A DNA stretch of 17,013 bases from Octopus sinensis. Its lineage: Eukaryota. The stretch covers positions 1 through 17,013 of the forward strand of contig NW_021824966.1 of the NCBI RefSeq assembly GCF_006345805.1, given 5' to 3'. The notes beneath the pieces are model-generated. The model was not told the origin of the DNA and ran no database searches. It saw only the letters and a program-made list of their open reading frames with translations. The first letter of the stretch is position 1; every line of letters begins with the position of its first letter. Positions 1-10,560 of this stretch are shown here, in pieces. The position numbers were made by a program, and so were the translations under genes.

Positions 1-961
1 TTGCTATGACAACCACTGAGGTATGGACTGGAGCATTATCGTGACAAAAAAGGATTCTTCTGGTGAGCGTTCCCGGCCTTTTTTCTTTGCTTGGTTCTTG
101 GAGGCGTTTCAGTAGCTGAAAATAATACAGCACAGTCACGGTGTGACCCTTTTCAAGGTAATCGATCAGCAAGACACCTTGAGAATCTCAAACAGCGGAC
201 GCAATGACCCTGCCAGCTGAAGGAATTACCCTGGCCTTCTTTGGAGTAGAAGTTGTGTGCTTCCACTACTTTGATTGTTCTTTGGTTTCAGGCTGCTAGT
301 AATGAACCCAACTTTCGTCCATAGTAATGAAGCGAGCAAGAAATTCTCTTCATTGACTTCAAACAGTTACAGATTGCTCGTGGACAAAGTGCACCTGGTG
401 CGTTTCTGTTCAGGAGTCAAAAGGCGAGGGACCCACCTTGCAGAAACCTTTGAGAACCCAAGTTCTTTTGTTACAATGTTATCCGCTCTTTCATTTGAGA
501 TGCCCAGTCTCTCGGCTATCTGACGACATGATATTCGGCGATCTTGCATTATCATACCAAGAGCAAGGTCAGGGTTGCCCTTGGTGGTTACAGTTGGAGG
601 TCTCCCGGTATGGGATCATCTTCCACACTTTCCCTGCCATGCTTGATTTCATTTACCCAGCGTTTGACTGTTGCATATGAAGGAGCATTGTCTGTTAAGG
701 TTCTCACCATATCTTTATGAATTTCTGATGGAGTCATGCCTTTCAAATGAAGGTACTTTATAACACTACGATACCCAGTTTTCTCCATTTTTTTGTAACC
801 TCGACCCTTTTTTATTCAAAAAGTTAAAATATCAGAAAATTAAAAAATATCAGAATCATTAAAATGAACAAGAATACTCTGTAGTTACCAGAAAAAAATT
901 GTCTCAGCTATCTAGCAGCCCCGTTTCTAGGTTAGGCTCAAAACTTTTCACACACCCCTCG
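1..961 (-). mobile_element. Mariner (DD34D-type) transposon fossil; left TIR present, 3' part runs off the window
   Basis: Minus strand reads MEKTGYRSVIKYLHLKG (N-terminal HTH, 588-788), then VSARWVPRLL, FITMDESWVHY (first Asp at 317-319) and HDNAPVH (43-23). There are several in-frame stops and at least two frameshifts. The terminus reads TA|CGAGGGGTGTGTGAAAAGTTTTGAGCCTAAC (961-931, TA at 962-963), resembling Hsmar2/irritans-type ends. Confidence 0.93.
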
Positions 962-1079
962 TAGCTAGGCTAATGATTGTCTCAGTTCGGTTGATTTATC
1001 GATTAATACATATAGTTAGACAAAACTACAAAACTACAAAACATACCTAAGACGCCACAAAATAGCAAAATAAAAACAA

Positions 1080-1670
1080 AGAAACATTATCTGGTTCAAC
1101 CCACTTTTCAGTCTAAATGTAGCAACAAATGTAACACATATTGTCCCAGCGTTAATTTGTAAATACTTCTCAACTGACCATAATTATAACAAAGTATTCA
1201 ACAATATGAAAGTTATACCTGCATAAAATATAAAACACTCCATAGTATCATTAAACAATAATATACCCAGGACACAGAAACACGACCACAAGCTCATGTA
1301 ACTGCCCCGAAAAGAACATAATCATTAAAAGGAAAGTGCCTAAAAATGTAATCTACAAAGTAAAAGTATCGCGATGTGGATAAACCTAAGGAAGCTACAT
1401 CAATGCTACTTCAAAGACAGTTACTCACGACATTCACATTCCAGAATATATAAATAAAAAAAAAGCAACGTTCCAGTCTAAACGCATTTGGGAGCTAAAC
1501 GACAAGAAATGTAAAATGGGAAATAATAGTGTTCCTTCATACAAAAATAGTTCTAGAATCTGTCCTGTAGCACAATAAAATACCGCATAAATACATAACA
1601 CATTCACACAGAGGAAATGAAATCATGTCATACTGCAAGCGTCAAAACAAATTCATCCTTAATAAATGGT
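1080..1670 (+). pseudogene. Penelope-like element fossil: RT thumb/linker plus GIY-YIG endonuclease C-terminus
   Basis: Manual translation across frameshifts gives RNIIWFNPLFSLNVATN (from 1080), KVFNN, CNC, KGKCL-NVIYKVKV (VIY 1348-1356), YIN (decayed YIG, 1396-1404), KRIWELND (IWEL 1486-1497) and EIMSYCKRQNKFIL (1619-1660). These motifs occur in the order typical of Penelope-like ORF C-termini. Confidence 0.85.
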
Positions 1671-1782
1671 CCGAATTCCAAACAGGATGAGACAACCATC
1701 AAGGATCCTCGGCACGTTAAAACAATTACAACCACAGAAATCGAACCACAAATAGCTAATCCGAATTAAACCCACCGATTTC

Positions 1783-1997
1783 TATTCGTATATATATATA
1801 TATATGCACAAAGACAAATTAAAAATAAGCTTTAGCCAAAATACATAAACATACGTAAAATAATTGACACCTGCAAGAATTGAACCACAAATTGCCGACC
1901 GATACACACCCATACACCCACACATGTGGGCGCGCGCACACACACGCACGCACGCACGCACACACGCACAGACACACACACACACACACACACACAT
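1783..1997. repeat. (TA)n and (CA)n/(CACG)n microsatellites
   Basis: Visible TA run at ~1788-1804 and CA/CACG runs at ~1905-1997. Confidence 0.9.
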
Positions 1998-2049
1998 ACC
2001 AACTTACTGAACTCAATGTATAATGCATATAATAAACGCTGACCGACCA

Positions 2050-2460
2050 CAAAACGTACACAAGCCAAGCACACCGAAAACTTAATCAGTAAAAACACAT
2101 GCTCTTGAATAAAAGGATTTAAGAAATTGAATAAGCTACGCAACATTCTCATTAAGAAGACTTTAAAGCTCTCATTCTTCGCCAAAAAATAATCCAAAAC
2201 ACAGTAAAAGACACTCAAACAGGAAATATAATGTACAATACTAAATATTTTCTCCTCCATCCGTTCCTATAACTTTAATTAGTTTAGCAAACACATTTAC
2301 GAAGTCTGTGACTAAAAATAAATATAACCAAACGAGTCTTTAAAATTCTGTAATCAAAAGTAAAACAGAATTCACACCAACAAAGCTATTCTTCCATGAT
2401 ATTATTATTCGCACACACAATATGATACACACCAAAATGATATTGAGCCAAAAACTCACG
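2050..2460 (+). mobile_element. Possible degraded N-terminal region of a Penelope-like ORF
   Basis: A/C-rich plus strand with Lys/Asn-rich broken frames (KKLNKLRNILIKK) downstream of the Penelope-like fossil. No diagnostic motif. Confidence 0.25.
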
Positions 2461-3421
2461 ACCTTAAGCCATTAAGTCCCACTGTCCTATAAATAGGACA
2501 CTAAATGAGGTCCTATTTATAGGACACCGAGTATTCCCATTTCTACTTGATGTAAAGGAATTTTAGTAATTAATTTTTCATTTTAACCTATTTTCAATCA
2601 TCTGTAAAAAATATTCAGAAACTTAAGTACTCTGAGACTTAATGTGTTAATTAGATTAACTGTAAATCAGTTAACAAATATAAATCATTAATCAATCATT
2701 AGTAAATCAGTTAACGAACATAAGTTATTAGTTAATCAGTAAATATAGATGTAACATTAAATATGAACAGAGACAAAACACATGTTCCCCACCGACAAAT
2801 TCAAGGGAACGAAACACTTGGCCTCACAAAATAACCAATAAAGAAGCAGAAAAGTTATATTCAATCAACAGACATTAAAAGAAAACCAATGAACAGACAT
2901 ACAAGTGCCTTCGTCTATACCAACAAATATAATACGCACCCAATTCGAGATGCTTGAAGGTTGCGTTGATATGAAACACGAGTCGGATATTATGTCTAAA
3001 ATATGCTAAAATATACGGCTCGAGTCATATATTTTTCATTTGGACGTGTTATAAATATTGTCCTGTTATCAATCGTCTTTTGAGGATAAGAGTATAGATG
3101 TGTTGTCCACTAATATTTGTCTATTTTTAATCGTGTGTGATATCGCGTATTGTTGGTAGTCCTTTCTGTAAACATCTTTATTTTTAGTTAAGTGGTAGGA
3201 AAGCGTCATACTTGTAAAGTCAATATAGCAATTAGAGCCGCTATTTGCAAGCTTGTAGGTTGAAATTCTTGTGGCCTCTTATTAACAACACGGTTCTTAA
3301 TTATAGAGATTTGTAGTATACTGTTAATGTCATGGAACAGAACCTGGAAGGTGAACCAGCTGCATAAGAAGGAAATCATGACATTGCAATGTCTTGGAAA
3401 GAAGAATGGTGAACATTATTA

Positions 3422-3463
3422 TCTCTTACTTGCTTCAGTCATTGAACAACGGCCACGCTGGAG
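3422..3463 (-). mobile_element. 3' tail fragment of SINE family B
   Basis: tctcttacttgcttcagtcattgaacaacggccacgctggag matches the family B tail at 6236-6280. Confidence 0.7.
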
Positions 3464-3551
3464 TAGAACTTTGTATTATGTTGAAGTATAGAATTAGATT
3501 TGCAGAGACCAGACGGAAGGCAGGAGTCAGAGATATACTTGAAGAAAAATG

Positions 3552-3784
3552 AAGGCGGTGAGCTGGCAGAAACGTTAGCACGCCGGGCGAAAAGCGTAGC
3601 CGTATTTCGTCTGGCGTTACGTTCTGGGTTATAATTCCGTCGAGGTCGTCTTTGCCTTACATCCTTTCGGGGTCGATAAATTAAGTACCAGTTACGCACT
3701 GGGGTTGATGTAATCGACTTAATCCGTTTGTCTGTCCTTGTTTGTCCTCTCTGTGTTTAGCCCCTTTGTGGGTAGTAAAGAAAT
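3552..3784 (+). mobile_element. tRNA-derived SINE family A (central domain resembles Meta-type SINE core), full length with TSD
   Basis: Head aaggcggtgagctggcagaa, core gaggtcg.ctttgcct..catcctttcggggtcgataaattaagtaccag. TSD atatacttgaagaaaa(a)tg at 3533-3551 and 3785-3802. Confidence 0.92.
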
Positions 3785-4114
3785 ATATACTTGAAGAAAA
3801 TGTAAAAACAAACAGAAGATAGGCAGGTCCTTTAGCCTTGAGGGAGAACAGTAGAAGGATGGAATGGATTCCATGAAGGGTTCAGCAGAATGGACGACAC
3901 CAATGAGTACCTGAAGACGATGAGGAATGTGTAAGATTGGTTTGGATTAAAATGGTGAAGAACGGGAAAGGTTTGAAGAGGGACGTCCAATTGTGGACAG
4001 CTTATCCAATGGTTTACTCTAATGCATATTGTGTTCTGTTTTATATATTTTGTTTTTGTTTATATGTTCATTTGTTTTAGAATGAATATGCGGTTTATGT
4101 GGTGTTATCTTTAA

Positions 4115-4515
4115 TCTTTTTCTTGTTTCAGTCATTAAACTGCGGCCATGCTGGGGCACCTCCCTGAAGAACTTGAGTTAAACGAATCAACCCCAGTACT
4201 TACCTTTCTAAAACTGGAGCTTAATCGATCTGTCTCTTTGCCGAACCGCTAAGTTACGGGGACGTAGATACACCAGCATCGGTTGTCAAGCGGCGATGGG
4301 GATAAACACAGACACACAGACACACGCAACGACACGCGCGCGCGTATATACACATGACGGCCTTCTTTTTATAATCGGTTTCCGCCTACCAAATCCACTT
4401 GCATGGCTTTTATCAGTCCAAGAATAGTAGATAACTTGCCGAAGGTGCCATGCAGTGGGGTAGAACCCGGAACCTTGTGGTTGGGAAGCCAACTTCTTAC
4501 CACACAACCATGCCT
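4115..4515 (-). mobile_element. tRNA-derived SINE family B (CORE-like, octopus OR-type) with internal CA/TA microsatellite
   Basis: Colinear with 6229-6626. The minus-strand head has A-box-like and B-box-like (ggttccgggttc) motifs. The tail is ...cagcatggccgcag...actgaaacaag. Confidence 0.88.
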
Positions 4516-4895
4516 CGTATATTCTTAATAAGTCTGGACCCTAATATATTTGTTTTTTTTTTTTATTCCTGTTTGTATTGTTCCATGGTTTCAAGATTCT
4601 ATTAACACGTACTCCGTAACGAGAGCGAATGTCGACGAAGATACAAAATTTTAATGATAAAATTCCTTCTTGGAAGAACATCTACAACTCTCATCAAACA
4701 ACCCACAAGATGAATAAATCCACAGATTGAAACAATTGCGTTTTTCAAAAATTAATAGACCAAAATATTGAACAATACAGTTTAACAATTGCATTAGACA
4801 CAACATATATTAAAAATGACAAAACCACACACAAAACTTCATAAGAAAACATTAGTCGACAACACATCTATACTCTACAAAAATCTCCACAAGTT

Positions 4896-5165
4896 CGTGG
4901 TCTGATCAATAAGTATCCGGACTGTTGTCATAGTAACGGAAGCTAAAGCACGGAAGAGTAAATTCGCTTGGCACAGAGCGACCTTGAATTCTGCTGTGCA
5001 TGTGCATTACGTTTTAACGTTTCAGTTCCTTCCGCTGTTTACAGCAGTGCTTAGAAGGAAGGTGTGTAACGTGTGATCGTCGCATTGACTATGACAGAGA
5101 AAGTTGAGCAGAGAATCTGCATCAAATTTTGCCAAAAACTTGGCGAAACCTGCTCAAAGGCCTAC
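4896..5165 (+). mobile_element. Mariner fragment: left TIR, 5' UTR and first ~25 codons
   Basis: TIR-like cgtggtctgatcaataagtatccggact from 4896. ATG at 5091 gives MTEKVEQRICIKFCQKLGETCSKAY, a typical mariner N-terminus. Confidence 0.88.
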
Positions 5166-5633
5166 GTAAAGTTTTCAAAAACTTTTTATCGTTCTCGACA
5201 CAATCAAGGAGATCTTGTGCAACTGAAACCCGAGTGTCACTTTGGTCAGCTGAAAGCAGTTTTGGTAGACACGCTTCTCACACTCAAATTTTTAGTGATA
5301 ATGGACTGAACTGAACCGTAACTAATCTGCACATCCTCTGATAACTCACGGATGGTGATTCGACAATTTCTCCTCACAGCTGCATATACACCTGCGATGT
5401 TTTTCTCAGTTCTGATGGTTGCAGACCTCCCAGAAAATTCGTCAATATCGAATTTTTCGACCACCTTGGAAACTCGTACAACTGTGTATGGCTCATACTC
5501 CTCTCCATACACTTTCTGCGACTTTGCGCAGCCCTCTAAGCAGATATCGCCATGACAACTTTCTCTGTCATGGTCAATGCGACAATCACATGCTGCCCAC
5601 TTTCCTTCTAAGCACTGCTGTTAGAGGGCTGCG
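5166..5633 (-). mobile_element. Second, inverted copy of the same mariner family (part of 5' UTR to just before the first catalytic Asp)
   Basis: Minus strand gives MTEKV.., YGEE.., SGR..T.RTEKNIAGV..RITIRELSEDVQISYGSVQSII, and LSADQSDTRVSVAQDLLDCVENDKKFLKTL. 5556-5621 is the diverged reverse complement of 5041-5106. Confidence 0.88.
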
Positions 5634-5674
5634 AAACTTCAAGTAGCAAGGAAGCAAAACAAACTGTTTAAAAA

Positions 5675-5686
5675 CATATATATATA

Positions 5687-5718
<32 letters not shown>
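5675..5718. repeat. (TA)n microsatellite
   Basis: Visible dinucleotide run. Confidence 0.95.
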
Positions 5719-5750
5719 CTAACAAATGGGGGAAGCTGTTTGGGGATTAC

Positions 5751-5852
5751 TTAGGTTTCTCGTCCATAAAGGGTTTAGAGGTCATGGCCAAGGGTTTTAG
5801 GATCTGACGATAAACCATGAAAAGCTAAACCCTTTGTGGGCGGGAAACCTAA
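5751..5852. repeat. 28-bp inverted repeat forming a long hairpin
   Basis: 5751-5778 pairs with 5825-5852: 25 Watson-Crick pairs plus 3 T-G pairs. Inner tcatgg/ccatga helix at 5782-5787/5815-5820. Confidence 0.85.
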
Positions 5853-5941
5853 GGTAAACCCTTTCGCACTTTTGAATATATATACTGCTCTACATCTTAG
5901 GGCTTTCTTCTTTCAGATTTATACTTACTTCTTACAATAAC

Positions 5942-5952
5942 GATATATATAT

Positions 5953-6040
<88 letters not shown>

Positions 6041-6170
6041 TTTATGTATGTATGTATGCATGTATGTATATATGTATGTATGCATGTATGTATTACTATA
6101 TATATGTATATATATATATGTATATATGCATATATATACATATATATATACATATATGTATATAAATATT

Positions 6171-6201
<31 letters not shown>

Positions 6202-6228
6202 ATATCTATATATGTATATATCTATATA
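5942..6228. repeat. Compound (TA)n/(TATG)n microsatellite
   Basis: Visible. Confidence 0.95.
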
Positions 6229-6626
6229 TACTCTTTACTCTTTTACTTGTTTCAGTCATTTGACTGCGGCCATGCTGGAGCACCGCCTTTTTAGTCGAGC
6301 AAATCGAGCAAATCGACCCCGGGACTTATTCTTTGTAAGCCCAGTACTTATTCTATTGCCAAACCGCTAAGTGACAGGGACGTAAACACACCAGCATCGG
6401 TTGTCAAACCAGACACACAAACACATACACATACACACACACATTTATATATACATATATACGACAGGCTTCTTTCAGTTTCCGTCTACCAATCCAAATC
6501 CACTCACAAGGCATTGGTCGGTCCGGGCTATAGCAAAGACACTTGCCCAAGATGCCACGCAGTGGGCTGAACCCGGAACCATTGGTTGGTTAGCAAGCTA
6601 CTTACCACACAGCCACTCCTGGCGCC
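6229..6626 (-). mobile_element. SINE family B, near full length
   Basis: Minus strand: ggcgccaggagtggctgtgtggtaag head, ggttccgggttcagccc B-box-like motif, CORE-like catcttgggcaagtgtctt, internal microsatellite, tail ggtgctccagcatggccgcagtcaaatgactgaaacaagtaaaagag. Confidence 0.92.
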
Positions 6627-6697
6627 TATATGTATATATATGCATATATATATATACATAATATACATATATGTATAAATATTATATATATATATAA

Positions 6698-6754
<57 letters not shown>

Positions 6755-6819
6755 AATATACATATATGTATATAAATATTTATATATATAATTAATGTAT
6801 TATATATATATATATATAG

Positions 6820-6861
<42 letters not shown>

Positions 6862-7185
6862 TTTACACAGATATCAGTCTATCTGTTGATGTAACTATAA
6901 CTATATACACACATGCACACACATACACACATACAAACACACGCACGCTCAACATCTATAAATTTGTTTTGTGTTTGCTGTGTGCATGTATATATATAAT
7001 ATTACATATATGTATGTATATATATATATACTCACACACACACACACATATATATGTGCGTGTGATATTCATATGTGTACGTGTGTGTGTTTAGTGAGTG
7101 AATATGTGCATTTGTATTTGTGTGTATGTATGTATGCATGCATATATATGTGTGTGTGTTTCTGTGTGTGTGTGTGCATGTGTGT
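6627..7185. repeat. Compound TA/CA/TG microsatellite field
   Basis: Visible low-complexity runs with short unique spacers. Confidence 0.9.
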
Positions 7186-7477
7186 ACAAAGGTCATCATT
7201 TTGAGCTGTCTTGTACTTAAACCGCCTACACTTTCTTTCGTCTTTCTTAAGTATAGCTTTGTTAAATCTGACTTCTATTTGGCTAGTTTTATTCAAATAT
7301 GTATGTGGCACGCGCGTATGTGTATGTGTGAATGTATATGTGTGAATGTATATATGTTTATATTTGTGTATAAGTGCGCGTGCCTGGTGTGTGTGGCGAG
7401 ATGCATCTTGGAAGCGTAATAATATTAAATATATTAGGGTAATGCCATCTGTTGGCGAAAAAGTGAGACAGAAAAAG

Positions 7478-7860
7478 TAGAGAGAGAGAGAGAGAGAGAG
7501 TGGGAGTGACCGGTAGAGAACATACATGCATACATACATACATACATACATACATACATACATACATACATACATGCATACATACATACATACGTACATT
7601 CATACATAAATACATCCATATATACATACATACATACGTACATACATATATACATACATACATACATATATACATACATACATATATACATACATACATA
7701 CATATACATATATACATACATACATATATACATACACACATACACATGCATACATACATACATACATACATACATACATACATACATACATACATACATA
7801 CATACATACATACATACATACATACATACATACATACACGCAAGCATATACACATATATA
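7478..7860. repeat. (GA)n followed by long (CATA)n microsatellite
   Basis: GA run at ~7478-7500 and CATA array at ~7521-7840. Confidence 0.95.
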
Positions 7861-8335
7861 AATGCACTCATAAATAGACGCAATTGTAATTAGCAGACAG
7901 TGGAAAGTTAGAGAGAAGGAAAGTGGTCAAAAAGTGTTAGAGAGTGAGACAAAGGGAGAGAAATCGACTGAGAAGAATGAAATGGAAAATTTGTCAGAGA
8001 GTCAAAGGGAGGCGGGCAAAGACGCCGGGAGAAGAAAAGCACAAAAATAGAAAGTCAGAGGCATTGAAGGCGGGAGAGAAAGAATAAAAGAGAAAACAAA
8101 AGGATGAACGCAAAGCATTAGAGAGTGAAGCAGCGTTGGAAATGGGTTGGTCTGTAGTTTGGCAGCAAATAGGATGTCAGATTGTGATGTATGAAAGATG
8201 AAGAAGAAAAGGTGAAAGACAACCATTGGTGGAATCAAGACAGTTGCGTGGGACTGTTGTCGTTAGATTTGCATAACACATTTAGAAATTGGTAAACACA
8301 TTTCCCAGCTTTTGAATGTAATAATTCGTTGTCGG

Positions 8336-8569
8336 AAGGCGGTGAGCTGGCAGAACCGTCAGCACGCCGGTCGAAATGCATAGCCGTAATTTTGTCTGCC
8401 GTTACGTTCTGAGTTCAAATTCCGCCGAGGTCGACTTTGCTTTTCATCCTTTCGGGGTCGATTAAATAAGTACCAGTTACGCACTGGGTCGATGTAATCG
8501 ACTTAATCAGTTTGTCTGTCCTTGTTTGTCCCCTCTGTGTTTAGCCCCGTGTGGGTAATAAATAAACAA
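8336..8569 (+). mobile_element. SINE family A, full length with TSD
   Basis: Colinear with 3552-3784. B-box-like gagttcaaattcc. TSD ataatt(c/a)gttgtcgg at 8321-8335 and 8570-8584. Confidence 0.93.
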
Positions 8570-8587
8570 ATAATTAGTTGTCGGTTC

Positions 8588-8891
8588 GTGAAGGCGCGTT
8601 GCGTAGTGGTTAGTGCCTTCGGCTTGCGATCTTCAGATCGCCAGTTCGAATCCCAGCGGCGCGTTGTGTCCTTGAGCAAGGCATTTTATTTCACGTCCAT
8701 TAAGTTAGCAAAAAACTGAGTTGTACCTGTAATTCAAAGAGGCCAACCTTGTCAGATTCTGTGTCAGGCCGAATCCGTCTGAGAACCATGATAATGGCAC
8801 GCGTGTCAGTGGAGTACTCAACCACTTGGACGTTAATTTCATGAGCAGGCTGTTTCGTTGATCGTTGATCGTTGTGGACCGACGGAGTACC
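8588..8891 (+). mobile_element. tRNA-derived SINE family C (subtype 1)
   Basis: Head gtgaaggcgcg..tagtggttag..agttcgaatccc, CORE-like gtgtccttgagcaag, tail ending gaccgacggagt. Colinear with the reverse complement of 9895-10213. Confidence 0.88.
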
Positions 8892-8958
8892 AGTTTAGTT
8901 GTCGAATGCTTTGCATGTATACCGGATCTGTGAACTAATGCATACACCGTGCATGGTT

Positions 8959-8991
<33 letters not shown>

Positions 8992-9026
8992 ATTATATAT
9001 ATATAATATAATATATATATATATAT
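8959..9026. repeat. (TA)n microsatellite
   Basis: Visible. Confidence 0.95.
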
Positions 9027-9030
9027 TCGT

Positions 9031-9425
9031 GCTACTCCGTCGGTTACAGCGACGAGGGTTCCAGTTGAACCGATCAACGGAACAGCCTGCTCGTGAAATT
9101 AATGTGCAAGTGGCTGAGCACTCCACAGACACGTGTACCCTTATCGTAGTTCTCGGGGAGATTCCGCATGACACAGAGTGTGACAGGGCTGGCCCTTTTC
9201 AAATACAGGTACAACAGAAACAGGAAGAAAGAGTGAGCGAAAGTTGTGGTGAAAGAGTACAGCAGGGTTCGCCACCATCCCCTACCGGAGCCTCATGGAG
9301 CTTTTAGGCGTTTTCGCTCAATAAACACTTACAACACCCGCTCTGGGAATCGAAACCGCGACCCTACGATCGTGATCCTACGACTGCGAGTCCGCCGCTC
9401 TAACCACTGGGCCATTGCTCCTGCA
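9031..9425 (-). mobile_element. SINE family C (subtype 2)
   Basis: Reverse complement is highly similar to 11196-11570. tRNA head with ggtttcgattccc. Tail shared with subtype 1. Confidence 0.92.
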
Positions 9426-9435
9426 CACACGCACG

Positions 9436-9466
<31 letters not shown>

Positions 9467-9555
9467 ACATTATATTAGAGGAAAAATGAAAGCCAAGTCA
9501 GAACGACTATCTCAAGCTATTTAGAATAATTTAATTAGTGTAAGGTAAATTTAGA

Positions 9556-9629
9556 GTCTTACAGCTGTTTCGTTTCTGGGATAACCTAAGTTAGCATGTA
9601 AGGGCACTGGGTATTCCGTCATCAGAGAC
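9556..9629 (-). ncRNA. Degenerate minimal type I hammerhead ribozyme motif (Penelope-type)
   Basis: Minus strand: gtct-CTGATGA-(47 nt)-GAAA-CAGCTG-TA-agac. Helix I is 4 bp, helix III is palindromic, helix II pairs poorly. Confidence 0.55.
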
Positions 9630-9826
9630 AAGGGATGAATATTTTAGACGTGGAAAAATTTACAGTTTACAAGGAATAAAATAGAAGAATAAAGAAGCAA
9701 AATAGGAGAAAAAAAAGTAAAAGCAGTTAGAATATAGGCAGGAGAATAATGTTCACAACTCATATGTTTCCAACTATAGAACTTACCCAGCTTACCTATT
9801 CGTTTAGATCACATGTGAATTAAACC

Positions 9827-9828
9827 CC

Positions 9829-9894
<66 letters not shown>
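9827..9894. repeat. (CT)n(TA)n microsatellite
   Basis: Visible. Confidence 0.95.
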
Positions 9895-9896
<2 letters not shown>

Positions 9897-10213
9897 AGCC
9901 CTACGTCGGTCACGACGACGAAGGTCCCAGCTGATACGATCAACGGAACAGTTTGCTCGTAAAATTAACGTGTAAGTGGCTGAGCACTCCACAGACACGT
10001 GTATCCTTAACGTAGTTCTCAGGGAGATTCAGCGTGATACAGAGTGTGACAAGGCTGGCCCTTTCAAATACAGGTACTACCTCATTTTTGCCAGCTGAAT
10101 GGACTGGAGCAACGTGAAAGAAAGTGTCTTGCTCACAAATCGTCGCCGAGAATTGAACTCCCGATCATACGATCGCGAGCCGAATACCCTAACCACTAAG
10201 CCACGCGCCTTCA
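9895..10213 (-). mobile_element. SINE family C (subtype 1)
   Basis: Minus-strand head gtgaaggcgcgtggcttagtggttagggtattcggc..gagttcaattc, plus the shared family C tail. Confidence 0.92.
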
Positions 10214-10387
10214 CACACACACAACACACACACCACACACACACACATATATAATATATATATATAATATATATATATATAGTATATATATATATATATA
10301 TATGTGGGTGTGTGTGTGTGTGTGGGTGTATATATATATATATATAGATATTATGATATATATATATATGTATATATATATATATTT

Positions 10388-10427
<40 letters not shown>

Positions 10428-10428
10428 T

Positions 10429-10459
<31 letters not shown>

Positions 10460-10525
10460 ATATATATAATATATATATATATATATATAATATATATATA
10501 CGAATATATACATACACACACATAC
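10212..10525. repeat. CA/TA/TG compound microsatellite
   Basis: Visible. Confidence 0.95.
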
Positions 10526-10560
10526 GCACGAGTATTGCTTGTCGTATGACGTGTAATCTC

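Larger units (their letters stand above)
3330..4010 (+). mobile_element. RTE-like LINE 3' fragment (RT C-terminal region), interrupted by two SINE inserts
   Basis: With the inserts removed it reads GTE(T)WKVNQLHKKEIMTLQC..ERRMVNI...IRFAETRRKAGVRDILEENVKTNRR*AG...EWIP*...GRHQ*...VWIKMVKN...DVQLWT. This follows the YG.ETW / MERRM / GVRDI / WRWAG / W.P / GRP / QQW pattern of RTE-type LINE C-termini. Confidence 0.8.

Noticed and set aside
1-788. Active mariner transposase gene
   Set aside because: Multiple in-frame stops and frameshifts.
4620-4860. Possible Penelope-like N-terminal remnant (QFNNCIRHNIY)
   Set aside because: Too decayed; one short resemblance only.
5804-5830. CTGACGA...GAAA inside the long hairpin
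   Set aside because: No helix II pairing and no cleavage triplet with a helix I partner.
7185-7300. Protein-like minus-strand stretch (YLNKTSQIEVRFNKAILKKDERKCRRFKYK)
   Set aside because: Short, flanked by microsatellites, no recognisable family; it cannot be called an exon without a search.
5897-7883. Many 60-176 aa ORFs (MYVCMYV..., HTYIHT..., YIYIYI...)
   Set aside because: They are translations of TA/CATA/TG microsatellites that lack stop codons, not genes.
8110-8190. VKQRWKWVGL resembling the RTE KWRWAGH motif
   Set aside because: A single weak motif without neighbouring support.
9029-9524. ORFs 9029-9307, 9246-9524 and the near-identical 11188-11487 ORF
   Set aside because: They are antisense or incidental frames in SINE family C copies; the similarity reflects the repeat.
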